Of a stretch of DNA of 64,000 nt, positions 1 to 9,685 are shown piece by piece. A program made the position numbers and the translations under genes. Each line of letters starts with the position of its first letter. Positions within the stretch are counted from its first letter, which is position 1. Source of the DNA: an uncultured Gammaproteobacteria bacterium (GTDB lineage Bacteria > Patescibacteriota > Patescibacteriia > 2-12-FULL-60-25); the NCBI GenBank assembly GCA_964567995.1, contig CAZMOB010000001.1, positions 120,591-184,590 on the forward strand, in the 5' to 3' direction. Below the pieces are notes generated by a model, which saw only the letters and a program-made list of their open reading frames with translations, was not told the origin of the DNA and did no database searches.

Positions 1-1439
1 TCAAGACCGAAATTTGGGAGTTCCATCCCCGCCTGTTTCCATTTGATCATACCGTAACCATTGTCGTTCAAGAGGAGAATGACGATGTGGAGTTTAAGAC
101 GAACGGCGGTTTCTAACTCTTGCGAATTCATCATGAAACCTCCATCACCACAGACGGCCATGATTTTGCGGTCGGGATAGATAAGCGCGGCGGCCATCGC
201 AGAAGGAAGGCCAGCGCCCATGGTGGCAAGGGCGTTATCGAGGAGAAGCGTGTTCGGTTCGTGCGCATGGTAATGACGGGCGAACCAGAGTTTGTACATG
301 CCATTATCTAGACAGACGATTCCGTCCGATGGCATAGCTTCACGGACAAGGCTCACGACACGCTGCGGTTTGATTGGGAAAGAGTTGTCCTGTTCTGTTT
401 CGGCGCTGTGAGCGAGCAAGCGTTCACGGGCGCGTAAGAAAACGGAGAAATCCCAATGCGTTTGCTGTGTGAGTTGTTCTTTGATCTGCCAGATCGCATT
501 GGCGATATCACCGATGACTTCGAGCTGTGGGAAATAAATTTGATCGACTTTGGCGGAGCAGAAATTGACATGGATCACCTGTTGGCCGCCCCGTTTCATG
601 ATGAAGGGTGGTTTTTCGACGACATCATGACCAATGTTGATGATGAGATCGGCCGCTTCGACGGCGCAATGAACGTAATCACCGGCCGATAGCGCTGCTG
701 TTCCAAGAAAGAGGGGATGACGTTCGTCGATAACGCCTTTCCCCATTTGCGTGTTGAAGAAGGGGATGCTGGTGGTGTCGACGAACTCGCGTAGCATCTT
801 GGCCGTGAGTTTGCGATTGGCACCCGCACCGATGAGGAGAAGCGGACGTTTGGCGGCCTCAATCATCCGCACGGCCTCAGCAATGGCTTTACCTTCGGCG
901 ATGGGGCGACGCACACGTTTTACCGGGAATGGTTCCTGATCGGTCGTATCGGTGGCCACATCTTCTGGCAATTCAAGATGAACCGCGCCCGGACGTTCTT
1001 CCTCCGCTTGGCGGAACGCTTCACGCACTGAGGCGGCGACTGAATCTCCATTGACGATTTGTTTGGCAAACTTTGTAACCGGTTTCATCAAATCAATCGT
1101 GTTCACGATCTGGAACGCTCCTTGTTTGCTTTTCCAAATTCCTTTTTGTCCGGTGATCATGAGCATCGGCATGCCGCCGAGCTGGGCGTAGGCAGCGGCG
1201 GTGACGAAGTTCGTCGCTCCAGGACCAAGCGTTGAGAGAGCGACCCCTGTTTTGCCGGTTAAGCGGCCAAAGGTAGCCGCCATGAATCCGGCTGACTGCT
1301 CGTGACGTGTTGTGATGAGCGTGATGGAGGACGTGCGTAACGCTTCCAAAAAATGCAGGTTTTCCTCACCTGGAACACCAAAAATGTATTTTACCCCTTC
1401 TGCTTCTAAGGAACGGACAAAGAGTTCGGAGGCAGTCAT
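1..1439 (-). CDS. Thiamine-diphosphate-dependent acetolactate synthase-like enzyme (AlsS/IlvB family); C-terminus runs off the window
   Basis: Absent from the ORF track because no stop lies inside the window. Hand translation of the reverse strand from ATG 1439 gives MTASELFVRSLEAEGVKYIFGVPGEENLHFLEAL..RHEQSAGFMAATFGRLTGKTGVALSTLGPGATN..VCGDGGFMMNSQELETAVRLKLHIVILLLNDNGYGMIKWKQ. These are typical ALS/AlsS Pyr and TPP-binding motifs. The frame stays open to position 3. Confidence 0.85.
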   Translation of the reverse strand, partial: MTASELFVRSLEAEGVKYIFGVPGEENLHFLEALRTSSITLITTRHEQSAGFMAATFGRLTGKTGVALSTLGPGATNFVTAAAYAQLGGMPMLMITGQKGIWKSKQGAFQIVNTIDLMKPVTKFAKQIVNGDSVAASVREAFRQAEEERPGAVHLELPEDVATDTTDQEPFPVKRVRRPIAEGKAIAEAVRMIEAAKRPLLLIGAGANRKLTAKMLREFVDTTSIPFFNTQMGKGVIDERHPLFLGTAALSAGDYVHCAVEAADLIINIGHDVVEKPPFIMKRGGQQVIHVNFCSAKVDQIYFPQLEVIGDIANAIWQIKEQLTQQTHWDFSVFLRARERLLAHSAETEQDNSFPIKPQRVVSLVREAMPSDGIVCLDNGMYKLWFARHYHAHEPNTLLLDNALATMGAGLPSAMAAALIYPDRKIMAVCGDGGFMMNSQELETAVRLKLHIVILLLNDNGYGMIKWKQAGMELPNFGL

Positions 1440-1523
1440 AGATTTCTAGTATCAAGCATGGAAGAGGGGAAAGCAATTTTGCTAATGAAAGCCTTGTTTT
1501 TAACAAAATACGGCTCAATTTGA

Positions 1524-1552
1524 TTGACAAAAAGCCCATTTTGTGCTATTTT
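1524..1552 (+). promoter_or_regulatory. Sigma70-type promoter for the GC-rich TPM-domain gene
   Basis: TTGACA (1524-1529), a 17-nt spacer, then TGcTATTTT (extended -10, hexamer 1547-1552). It lies about 90 nt upstream of ATG 1644. Confidence 0.5.
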
Positions 1553-1643
1553 ATACCGTTGCATGGTCACCGATATTTGGTGGCCATACCGCAGCATTCA
1601 GTACACCCTCACAATCCACCCCCCCCCATCGCAGGAGTCCGCC

Positions 1644-2327
1644 ATGAAGAAGTTCGCTGGTCTCGCCTTCGTCACGCTCTGTCTCGTCGTCGCCGCCTGC
1701 GTACCGGATCGGAATGAGTACCTCTCTCCGGATAGCGATCAGCACCTGACGGATTTCGTCCGCCGCTTCGACGATGATCAGCGCTTCAAGCTGACCCGCG
1801 AGTTGATGTCCTTCGAGGACACGACCGGGATCAAGCTTCAGGTCATCAGCATCGATTCCTTCCCCGACGGGTACGATCGGCAGATGTATGCGTCCATGCT
1901 CGAGAAGGATTTTGAGATGGATCAATCTGGTGCTCGTCGTCGAGTTGTTATCGTCCTCTTCGATCGGAAAGATCCTGTCCCTGAGCTGCCGGAGTGTCGG
2001 GTGGACATGCTCGACAACTTGCCTCCTGGGTGGCGTGACGCGCTTGGGAACAACACGGCGGCTCGTGCGATGGGTCGAGGGCATTGCCTTGAGGCGTTTC
2101 TCATCTCGCTCCGGCGTGTCGAGACCGTGCTCGCGCCGACCTTCCGACCGCCGCCCGGCTCGCTGCACGTCTACCAGCTCGCACCGAATACCTACGTGCC
2201 TACCTACGTCTACGGACTCGCTGCCTTGTGCTTTATCGCCGGCATCGCCTTGATCCGAGCGGCAGTGCGGCGCTTGAAGAAGCCGACCACCTCGACCGCC
2301 TCCTCGGGGGCCGCCATGGAGGGTTAG
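1644..2327 (+). CDS. TPM-domain (YgcG/TLP18.3-like) lipoprotein with C-terminal TM anchor; GC-rich
   Basis: The ORF 1524-2327 frame is used, with the start moved to ATG 1644, which is preceded by AGGAG (6-nt spacer). MKKFAGLAFVTLCLVVAAC is a lipoprotein signal with a lipobox Cys. The body resembles the TPM phosphatase fold (..TGIKLQVISIDSFP..RRRVVIVLFDRK..). A C-terminal hydrophobic helix reads YGLAALCFIAGIALI. Confidence 0.65.
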   Translation: MKKFAGLAFVTLCLVVAACVPDRNEYLSPDSDQHLTDFVRRFDDDQRFKLTRELMSFEDTTGIKLQVISIDSFPDGYDRQMYASMLEKDFEMDQSGARRRVVIVLFDRKDPVPELPECRVDMLDNLPPGWRDALGNNTAARAMGRGHCLEAFLISLRRVETVLAPTFRPPPGSLHVYQLAPNTYVPTYVYGLAALCFIAGIALIRAAVRRLKKPTTSTASSGAAMEG

Positions 2328-2354
2328 AACTCTTTACCGCTATACCGCGTTACC

Positions 2355-2424
2355 TGAAAACCGCACGCGCCATCTGGGCGAGTCCGCGGTCCCTCTCTCA
2401 GGTGGCGCGGTTTTCAGTTTCAAA
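2355..2424 (+). terminator. Hairpin terminator after the TPM-domain gene
   Basis: CTGAAAACCGC..GCGCCA pairs with TGGCGC..GGTTTTCAG (2355-2417) and is followed by a short T/A-rich run. Confidence 0.45.
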
Positions 2425-2485
2425 AATACCTCTTTCTAGCATTGACGGCTCGCCAGCTTTCTGACAACGGTGTAGAAGAAGAGCT

Positions 2486-4315
2486 ATGGAGCAACTTTTA
2501 AAACAGTACTTTGGGTATTCTCAGTTCCGACCTTTGCAGCGCGAGGTGATTGAGCATGTGATGTCGGGGAAAGATTCGCTGGTGCTTATGCCAACCGGTG
2601 GAGGAAAGTCGTTGTGTTTTCAGTTACCGGCGTTGGCATTGCCGGGGCTGACTCTTGTCATCTCGCCGCTCATCGCGCTTATGAAGGATCAGGTGGACGC
2701 GCTGACAGCGAACGGTGTGTCAGCTGCCTTCGTAAACAGTTCCTTATCCGCCTCTGAAGCTGAGCGGATTTGGCGGGATGCGTTGACCGGGAAGATCAAG
2801 CTCCTATACATCGCACCAGAGCGTGTGCCGGTTCTTCAGATGCGTTCAGATCTGCTACAGCTTCCTGTTTCCCTGATCGCCATCGACGAAGCGCATTGTA
2901 TTTCCGAGTGGGGGCACGATTTTCGTCCGGAGTATCGTCAATTGAACCTTCTACGAGATCTTTATCCAAAGGCTTCACTCGTTGCGCTCACAGCGACCGC
3001 TAATCCGCGAGTAAAGGAGGATATTTTGAAGCAGCTGAACTTCCGGCAAGGGAAAATTTTTCAATCCAGTTTTAATCGACCGAATTTGTTGTACCGAGTC
3101 ATCCCAAAGAAGCAATCGTTTGAACGGTTGTTGCATGAGTTGCGCGGTCGTGTGGGCCAGGCGGTGGTCGTCTATTGTTTTTCTCGGAAAAGCACAGAGC
3201 AAATTGCCGAACGTCTGGTGTTAAATGGCATAAAGGCGGCGGCGTATCACGCCGGCATTCCGGCGGAAGCGCGAGCACGGGTGCAAGAGCGATTCATTCG
3301 AGACGAAGTTCCAGTGATTGTTGCGACGATTGCGTTTGGAATGGGCATCGACAAGCCGGACGTGCGTCTGGTAGTTCACATGGATCTTCCAAAGTCCGTC
3401 GAAGGGTACTATCAAGAAACCGGTCGTGCCGGTCGTGATGGTCTGCCGAGTCAATGTTTACTGTTCTATTCCGCCGGGGATCGGGTGAAGCAACAGATGT
3501 TTATTCGAGATATGCCAAGCGTTCAAGAACGGCAGCGTGCCTACGCGCAACTTGAGCAGATGGTTCAGTATGGAGAGCTTCGTTCGTGTCGTCGCACGTT
3601 TTTATTGAATTATTTCGGTGAGCAGCGGAGCGAAACGACGTGTGATGCATGTGATGTCTGCGTTCCACAAAAAGAAGAGGTCGTCCTGTCGAAGGCGGTA
3701 GCTGAAGTTGGACCGTACGATGCGGGGCTCTTTGAAGCGTTGCGCGCGCATCGATTGCGACTCGCCCAAGAAAAAGGCGTGCCTCCATATGTTATTTTTG
3801 GTGATCGCACATTGGCGGATCTCGCGAGTCGCTGGCCGAAAACGCTTCAGGAACTGCCACAGATCTTCGGCATCGGTCAAACGAAGTTAGAACAATATGG
3901 AGAGAGCTTCTTATCCGTCATTAGATTGTATGCAGCTGAACATGGTTGGCCAGTCGTTTCTGCAGCTCCTCTGATCCAGCAAATTGCGGTTGTGAAACCT
4001 CGTGCAAAACAGAGTCTGGGCGACTCGGCAGCACATACGAAAGAGCTGTTTACTTCTGGAAAAAGCCTTGAGGAGGTTGCGAAGATCCGCAATCTGGCGC
4101 TTGGGACAATTCTACAGCATCTCGAAGAAGCGATTCAGCTAGGAGAAAAGATTTCGCTAGAGCGGTTGTCTTTTCCGGCGGATCGTCTCGCGGTGATCAA
4201 ACAAGCTTTTCAAGAGACGAATGGGTTTACGCTGACGCCGGTCTATCAAAAACTTGGGGCGAAATATTCGTATGATGAATTACGTTTAGCTCGGTTGATT
4301 TTACGCAGCCGGTGA
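2486..4315 (+). CDS. recQ: ATP-dependent DNA helicase RecQ
   Basis: LQREVIEHVMSGKDSLVLMPTGGGKSLCFQLPA (motif I), AIDEAHCISEWGHDFRPEY (DEAH box), Zn-binding CRRTFLLNYFGE..CDACDVC, and an HRDC-like region plus a C-terminal helical tail. 609 aa. Confidence 0.95.
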   Translation: MEQLLKQYFGYSQFRPLQREVIEHVMSGKDSLVLMPTGGGKSLCFQLPALALPGLTLVISPLIALMKDQVDALTANGVSAAFVNSSLSASEAERIWRDALTGKIKLLYIAPERVPVLQMRSDLLQLPVSLIAIDEAHCISEWGHDFRPEYRQLNLLRDLYPKASLVALTATANPRVKEDILKQLNFRQGKIFQSSFNRPNLLYRVIPKKQSFERLLHELRGRVGQAVVVYCFSRKSTEQIAERLVLNGIKAAAYHAGIPAEARARVQERFIRDEVPVIVATIAFGMGIDKPDVRLVVHMDLPKSVEGYYQETGRAGRDGLPSQCLLFYSAGDRVKQQMFIRDMPSVQERQRAYAQLEQMVQYGELRSCRRTFLLNYFGEQRSETTCDACDVCVPQKEEVVLSKAVAEVGPYDAGLFEALRAHRLRLAQEKGVPPYVIFGDRTLADLASRWPKTLQELPQIFGIGQTKLEQYGESFLSVIRLYAAEHGWPVVSAAPLIQQIAVVKPRAKQSLGDSAAHTKELFTSGKSLEEVAKIRNLALGTILQHLEEAIQLGEKISLERLSFPADRLAVIKQAFQETNGFTLTPVYQKLGAKYSYDELRLARLILRSR

Positions 4316-4396
4316 CTCGGACTCTCTTCCATAAAGGCGGATGGTCATGAGCCACCTGGCCAGAATGAAAGACGTAAAAAGGCTGAAGTTAGACGA

Positions 4397-4834
4397 TTAT
4401 GATTTTGATAGAGCTGAGTTCAGTGCTTGTCTACAGGTATCTTCCATGACGGATGAAGTGAATTTTACCGTCTTGAATTCTTCAAGTCCGATCCAGCGAG
4501 ATCCGACCATTTCGCCGGAAGAGGTGTCGACTTCTGCCTGATCATTTTTTGCGTTACACAGAAAATTTAGGTTTACGGTTTTTTGGCCGTGTCCATCTAC
4601 ATATTCGAAATACCCAAAAAGGCGTCCAACAGTTACGTCGATTCCTGCCTCTTCTCGTGTTTCTCGAATGACACCCTGTTCAATTGTTTCGCCTTGATCA
4701 ATTCCGCCGCCCGGAACCTCCCAAGTTCCGGGTAAGAATGCTTCATCATCATCTCCTCGCTTTAGAATAAGAACTTTGCCGTCTTTGACCATGAACGCAC
4801 TTACCGCGATTTTAAAAGCTTGTAGATCGAACAT
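4397..4834 (-). CDS. NUDIX hydrolase
   Basis: Nudix box GGGIDQGETIEQGVIRETREEAGI. 145 aa. Confidence 0.85.
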   Translation of the reverse strand: MFDLQAFKIAVSAFMVKDGKVLILKRGDDDEAFLPGTWEVPGGGIDQGETIEQGVIRETREEAGIDVTVGRLFGYFEYVDGHGQKTVNLNFLCNAKNDQAEVDTSSGEMVGSRWIGLEEFKTVKFTSSVMEDTCRQALNSALSKS

Positions 4835-4859
4835 AATGAGCTGACTATACCCATTTGTA

Positions 4860-5540
4860 TTATAGGCTCAACATCTTTTCTTGAATCGTTTCCGCAGTCA
4901 TCTGTTCTCCTGGAATCGCGTTTTTCACATCGTACGTTCCAATCATCGTTCGCCTTAGCGCGATCGCATATCCACCAACTCCCAACGCTTGCCCTAGATC
5001 ATCAGCGAGAGAACGAATATACGTTCCAGAAGTGCAATGCACGCTCAGCTCTAGTTTTGGCCAAACGTACGAACGAATCTCAAGTAGCGAAATCGTTACT
5101 TCTTTTGTTGGCCGTAGATCTTCTGTTGCTGTTCCCGCACGGGCAAGTTTGTAGAGGGGGGTGCCATGCAGCTTCTTGGCTGAGTAGAGGGGTGCTTTTT
5201 GTAAAAAGGTTCCTGTAAATGGTTTTAGGGCCTTTTGGATTTGCTCAAGGGTTGGCGGTGCCTTCTCTTTGTCCATTGTCTCAGTTACCTCACCCTCGCT
5301 ATCAAAGGTATCCGTTCGTTTGCCTAATTCGATCGTGACTGCATAGTCTTTTTCTAGCCCAACGAGCGGCGTCAGGGCTTTTGTTCCTTTTCCAATGCCA
5401 AGGATCAACAATCCCGTTGCAAATGGATCAAGCGTTCCGGCATGACCAACGGCACGGATCTTCAAAGCCCGTCTGACGCGATCAACGATATCGTGCGAGG
5501 TACAGCCAGCTGGCTTATCTACGAGAAGAAGTCCATCCAT
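4860..5540 (-). CDS. truB: tRNA pseudouridine(55) synthase TruB
   Basis: LLLVDKPAGCTSHDIV and GHAGTLDPFATGLLILGIG (catalytic Asp motif). 226 aa, lacking a long PUA tail. Confidence 0.9.
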   Translation of the reverse strand: MDGLLLVDKPAGCTSHDIVDRVRRALKIRAVGHAGTLDPFATGLLILGIGKGTKALTPLVGLEKDYAVTIELGKRTDTFDSEGEVTETMDKEKAPPTLEQIQKALKPFTGTFLQKAPLYSAKKLHGTPLYKLARAGTATEDLRPTKEVTISLLEIRSYVWPKLELSVHCTSGTYIRSLADDLGQALGVGGYAIALRRTMIGTYDVKNAIPGEQMTAETIQEKMLSL

Positions 5541-5542
5541 AC

Positions 5543-6919
5543 CTATGTTCCCTGACGACGAATGACGATCCCGATTGTTTTGAGAAGAATGGCTGCATCC
5601 AACGCGAACGAACGGTGTTTAATATAATATAAATCGTATTGGAGCTTGATGAGATTATCATCAAGCTGAGCGGTTGGAGTGAGCCAGACGACCTGTGCCC
5701 AGCCAGTGAGTCCCGGTCGGGTCAAATGACGGAGCGAGTAATATGGCATCTTGGCGATCAGCGGCTCGACGAACTCTGGTCGTTCCGGTCGTGGGCCAAC
5801 GAACGACAGATCTCCTCGGAAAACGTTCCAGATTTGAGGCAGTTCATCCAAACGAAGTTGGCGCAAAATGCGGCCGATCTTTGTGATGCGCGGATCTAAC
5901 TTTGTACTAGAGGTGAATTGTGGGCCTTGTGCTTCGGCGTTGATATGCATCGTACGAAGTTTCCAGATCTTGATCGGTTTTCCTTGGTAACCAACCCGTA
6001 CTTGGCTGTAGAAGATTGGTCCCGGTGAGCTGAGACGAACGGCGAGTGCCAGAAATGGCATGAGAACGAGTGTTACGAGACCAAACGGAACTGCCATCAA
6101 AATATCAAAATAGCGCTTTACACTTTCATACCAATGCTTTTCGCCTTCGCGAACATGGGTCAGAAACCAACGATCAGTCACGAAACGGAGAGGAATGCGC
6201 CCGGTGGTGAGTTCTTCGATCTCTGCTCGGTCGATCAATGTTACGGAATTCAAAAGCAAGCTATAGAGTAAGCGGTCGATCCCCTCGGTTTGTTCTTGGA
6301 GCTGACCCAGAACGACCGTTGTAATTTGATGTTCTTTGACGAGTCGATCGACGTTCTCGGCCATTTGTTCTCCTGTCTCTCCCGGGGTTGGCCAGTACTG
6401 CGCCACCAGTTTGTAGCCAAGGGAGCTTTGTTCGATGAGACGCTCGACATCGGCCGATTCACTCTCAGGGCCGATGAAGAGGATACGTCCTGTGATCAGA
6501 CGACGGTCCACGAGTTGCAGGAAACACAAACGCCAGGCATAGCCGAGCAAGAGACTCAGGGTAAAAATCAAGAACAGGTTCGTTCGTGGGGCGATCCCAA
6601 ATCCGGGGATGAGATAGAAGAAGGCTAAGCCTACCAGCAGGTTGCCGATCATGCCTTCGGCGAATGAGCGGAAAATCCGGAGGGGATTACGTAATAACGT
6701 CAGATTGTACAAGCCGGCTACATAGAGTCCGGCCATCCAGAGTAAAAACAAGATGCTAAATGGAATGAGATGCGCTTGCAGGTCGCTTTCATGAATCGCT
6801 CCGTAGCGTCCAGCCAAACTCAAAATCAACGACAATTCGAAGACGAGGAAATCTCCGATCATGAGAAGGGTTCGTTTGGCGTGTTGATGACGTTTTCTCA
6901 TAAAAGGCCCGTGGCCCAT
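5543..6919 (-). CDS. Polyprenyl-phosphate sugar phosphotransferase (WbaP/bacterial sugar transferase family)
   Basis: N-terminal TM helices and a C-terminal sugar-transferase domain (..LDELPQIWNVFRGDLSFVGPRPERPEF..DLYYIKHRSFALDAAILLKT). The exact start is uncertain. Confidence 0.85.
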   Translation of the reverse strand: MGHGPFMRKRHQHAKRTLLMIGDFLVFELSLILSLAGRYGAIHESDLQAHLIPFSILFLLWMAGLYVAGLYNLTLLRNPLRIFRSFAEGMIGNLLVGLAFFYLIPGFGIAPRTNLFLIFTLSLLLGYAWRLCFLQLVDRRLITGRILFIGPESESADVERLIEQSSLGYKLVAQYWPTPGETGEQMAENVDRLVKEHQITTVVLGQLQEQTEGIDRLLYSLLLNSVTLIDRAEIEELTTGRIPLRFVTDRWFLTHVREGEKHWYESVKRYFDILMAVPFGLVTLVLMPFLALAVRLSSPGPIFYSQVRVGYQGKPIKIWKLRTMHINAEAQGPQFTSSTKLDPRITKIGRILRQLRLDELPQIWNVFRGDLSFVGPRPERPEFVEPLIAKMPYYSLRHLTRPGLTGWAQVVWLTPTAQLDDNLIKLQYDLYYIKHRSFALDAAILLKTIGIVIRRQGT

Positions 6920-6964
6920 TTTCTGGGAATACTGTACGCTGGATCGGAAAAGCTTGTCTATACT

Positions 6965-8467
6965 ATGCGTGTCGCTCCTTTCCGTTGGCTGGTTATCGTT
7001 TTTTCGCTTATATTAGCGCTTATTTCGATATTTCCGGTCCAAGCAGCGACGTTTGTTATTCCGGATAACAATAATAGATATTGGAAGCGCCAATGGTATT
7101 TGCGCCAAATTCAAGCGCCCGAGGCCTGGCGACTCCTGCCGAATACCTTCAACGAGGTCACGGTGGCGGTCATTGATGCGGGCGTCGATATTACGCACCC
7201 CGATTTGAAGGACGCAATTTGGATCAACCCCAAAGAGATCGCAGGGAATGGAATAGACGATGATCAAAATGGATTCGTGGATGATATTCATGGCTGGAAC
7301 TTCGTAGCCAATTCGAACGATGTTCGACCACAAGAAATTGCCACTCAATTGGAAGAGGCCTGGAGTCACGGCACGTTTGTAGCTTCGCTCATCGGAGCGC
7401 GGGCAGCGAATCATCCTGGGATGGTAGGAGTAAACCAATCCGTGCGTCTCATGCCACTGAATGCTCTGGATGGTGATGGGTTTGGAACGATCCCACATGT
7501 GTTGAGCGCGATTCGTTACGCGGTGAACCAAGGGGCATCGGTCATCAATTTGAGTCTGGCCGGATTCGAGAGTAGTGAAGAGTTGGCCGAGATGATCAAA
7601 CGTGCCCGTGATGCGGGCGTGCTAGTGGTAGCTGCCACGGGCAATGGGACGACCCCAGCTGGTCGAGATATCGATAGTCAACCAGTCTATCCGGTGTGTT
7701 TTGATCAACAAACCAATGATGTGGTGGGAGTGAGTGGGACGGATGCGCTGGATCAGCATGCGGAATACGCGAACTATGGAAAGCGTTGCACGGACCTGTC
7801 GGCACCGGGCTATGACTTGTTTGGAGCGCGTCCGAGTTATCCACGACGAGAAGAGGGGGCTCGTCCAGCGGAGCGCTATTTGGAAGGAATGACTGGGACG
7901 AGTTTGGCAGCGCCGCTCGTAAGTGGGGTCGCAAGTCTTTTGAAGGCGGTTCGACCTGATTTGACGGTTGATCAGCTGCATACACTTTTAACGTCGACGA
8001 CGGACAATATTGAAGGTTCACTCAAGCCGTCTGAGCAAGGCAAAATGGGAAGTGGACGCTTGAATGCGCTGAAAGCGCTCCAATCAGCGTTAGCGTTTGG
8101 ACAAATACCGACCTCAACACCCGTACTACCTGTGAATGACGTGCCTGTTACAACGAATTCGACCTCTACCGAAGAATCACCGACCGCTACCTCGTTTTAT
8201 TATCGAACACCGACGACGACTCTGCGCTGGTTAATCGCTCCTAAGCCGCTCTGGCGGCAATGGAGTATGCGCGATGGGCAACCGCTGGCGTCTGTTGTAG
8301 TCAAAGAGGGGACGAACTATGTTTTGAAGCGCTGGACGCCGGTCACGAACAAAGAAACCAAGGATCGTCTCGTTTGGAATGTAAAACGCAAACTGTATGT
8401 GTTTACAGATAGCAAGACAAAGCAAGTTTGGGAGATCGATAAGCTTGAAAAAGTAACGAGTAAATAG
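6965..8467 (+). CDS. Secreted subtilisin-like serine peptidase (S8 family)
   Basis: Frame of ORF 6770-8467. Start chosen at ATG 6965 (MRVAPFRWLVIVFSLILALISIFPVQA signal peptide) to avoid overlap with 5543-6919. Catalytic triad contexts are VAVIDAGVD, SHGTFVAS and GMTGTSLAAPLVSG. Confidence 0.88.
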   Translation: MRVAPFRWLVIVFSLILALISIFPVQAATFVIPDNNNRYWKRQWYLRQIQAPEAWRLLPNTFNEVTVAVIDAGVDITHPDLKDAIWINPKEIAGNGIDDDQNGFVDDIHGWNFVANSNDVRPQEIATQLEEAWSHGTFVASLIGARAANHPGMVGVNQSVRLMPLNALDGDGFGTIPHVLSAIRYAVNQGASVINLSLAGFESSEELAEMIKRARDAGVLVVAATGNGTTPAGRDIDSQPVYPVCFDQQTNDVVGVSGTDALDQHAEYANYGKRCTDLSAPGYDLFGARPSYPRREEGARPAERYLEGMTGTSLAAPLVSGVASLLKAVRPDLTVDQLHTLLTSTTDNIEGSLKPSEQGKMGSGRLNALKALQSALAFGQIPTSTPVLPVNDVPVTTNSTSTEESPTATSFYYRTPTTTLRWLIAPKPLWRQWSMRDGQPLASVVVKEGTNYVLKRWTPVTNKETKDRLVWNVKRKLYVFTDSKTKQVWEIDKLEKVTSK

Positions 8468-8488
8468 CCAAGTAAATAAACGTAGGGT

Positions 8489-8620
8489 GTAAGCCGGGAT
8501 GTATAAGCCCTCACTTCGGACAACAACTCGCAACTTCACCAATTTTAATCGCGTTGCGATTGTTTTAGCGGTGTTGCTCAAACACGTTGTCCTCGTTCAA
8601 GCATGTACATCCCGGCTTAC
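8489..8620. other. Structured intergenic element closed by a 15-bp perfect inverted repeat
   Basis: GTAAGCCGGGATGTA (8489-8503) and TACATCCCGGCTTAC (8606-8620) flank 102 nt. The interior holds further complementary segments (AACAACTCGCAAC / GTTGCGATTGTT; GGACAAC / GTTGTCC). Confidence 0.4.
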
Positions 8621-8630
8621 CCAGTTTTTG

Positions 8631-8639
8631 TGATATACT
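8631..8639 (+). promoter_or_regulatory. Extended -10 promoter element upstream of the first epimerase gene
   Basis: TGaTATACT at 8631-8639, 13 nt before ATG 8653. No clear -35 element. Confidence 0.3.
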
Positions 8640-8652
8640 CCATGGGAATTGT

Positions 8653-9675
8653 ATGCCTGCTGCTCCTTTTGCTCGTCGGACCGTTTTAGTAACGGGTGGT
8701 GCTGGATTCATTGGATCCCAGCTGTGTGAAGCGTTGGTTAAAGAAGCGAACGTTATTTGCTTGGATAACTTCTCAAGTAGCACGCCTCGCAATATTGAAG
8801 CGTTGTTGCAGCATCCGTCGTTTGAATTCGTGAATCACGATATCACGCAGCCTTTGCAGCTTGATCAGATGCGAGAGCTGGAACGCTTCAAGTTGTCGGT
8901 GCAGGGGATTCAAGAGATCTATCATTTGGCTTGTCCAATTTCGAAGACGCATTATGAACAATTCCGGATCGCGACGATTCTTACGAATTCCATCGGTTTG
9001 AAGAATGTGTTGGATGTCGCCGTACGTTATAAAGCGAAAGTCTTGTATGCTTCATCATCAGTGTTGTATGGAGGTCGTCGCCCAGAGTCGCCGTACGTTC
9101 GTGAGGAATCGCCGTGTAATATTGACCATTTGACTTCGCACGGGGCTTACGACGAAGGGAAACGCTTTAGTGAGTCTGTGATCCAGACCTACGCAGATGT
9201 CTATGGATTGGATGTGAAGATCAGCCGTATTTTCCGAGCGTATGGTCCGCGGATGAAAATTGCTGACGGACATTTGCTGCCAGACATGATTATGAGTGCT
9301 CTTGATGGTCAGGACATTGTGATTCGAGCGCCTGAAGGAGCACGTGTCTCGTTGTGCTACGTCAACGATCTGATCGATGGCTTGGTGCGTCACATGGGAA
9401 CATCGATGGACGTCACGGTGGTGAATCTGGGATCGGATCATGATTTGTCGTGGGCCGAAGTCGCAGAAAAGATCATCCGTCTTACAAACAGCTCTTCGCG
9501 CGTACGTTTCGAGCCGCCGGAAGATCGCTCCTGGACGGAAACTCCGCTCCCGGATCTTCAACGTGCTCGTACCTTGCTGCATTGGGTGCCCCTCGTGCGT
9601 CTCGAAGAAGGTTTGGCTAAGATGATCGACTTTGCGCGCTCGCACCGCCAACAGATTGGTGTTTACCATAGCTAA
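8653..9675 (+). CDS. NAD-dependent epimerase/dehydratase, UDP-glucuronate decarboxylase (UXS)-like, copy 1
   Basis: Start moved to ATG 8653. VTGGAGFIGSQL Rossmann motif and AYDEGKRF catalytic YxxxK context. Whole-length similarity to the next gene. Confidence 0.85.
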   Translation: MPAAPFARRTVLVTGGAGFIGSQLCEALVKEANVICLDNFSSSTPRNIEALLQHPSFEFVNHDITQPLQLDQMRELERFKLSVQGIQEIYHLACPISKTHYEQFRIATILTNSIGLKNVLDVAVRYKAKVLYASSSVLYGGRRPESPYVREESPCNIDHLTSHGAYDEGKRFSESVIQTYADVYGLDVKISRIFRAYGPRMKIADGHLLPDMIMSALDGQDIVIRAPEGARVSLCYVNDLIDGLVRHMGTSMDVTVVNLGSDHDLSWAEVAEKIIRLTNSSSRVRFEPPEDRSWTETPLPDLQRARTLLHWVPLVRLEEGLAKMIDFARSHRQQIGVYHS

Positions 9676-9685
9676 CTGACCTCTT

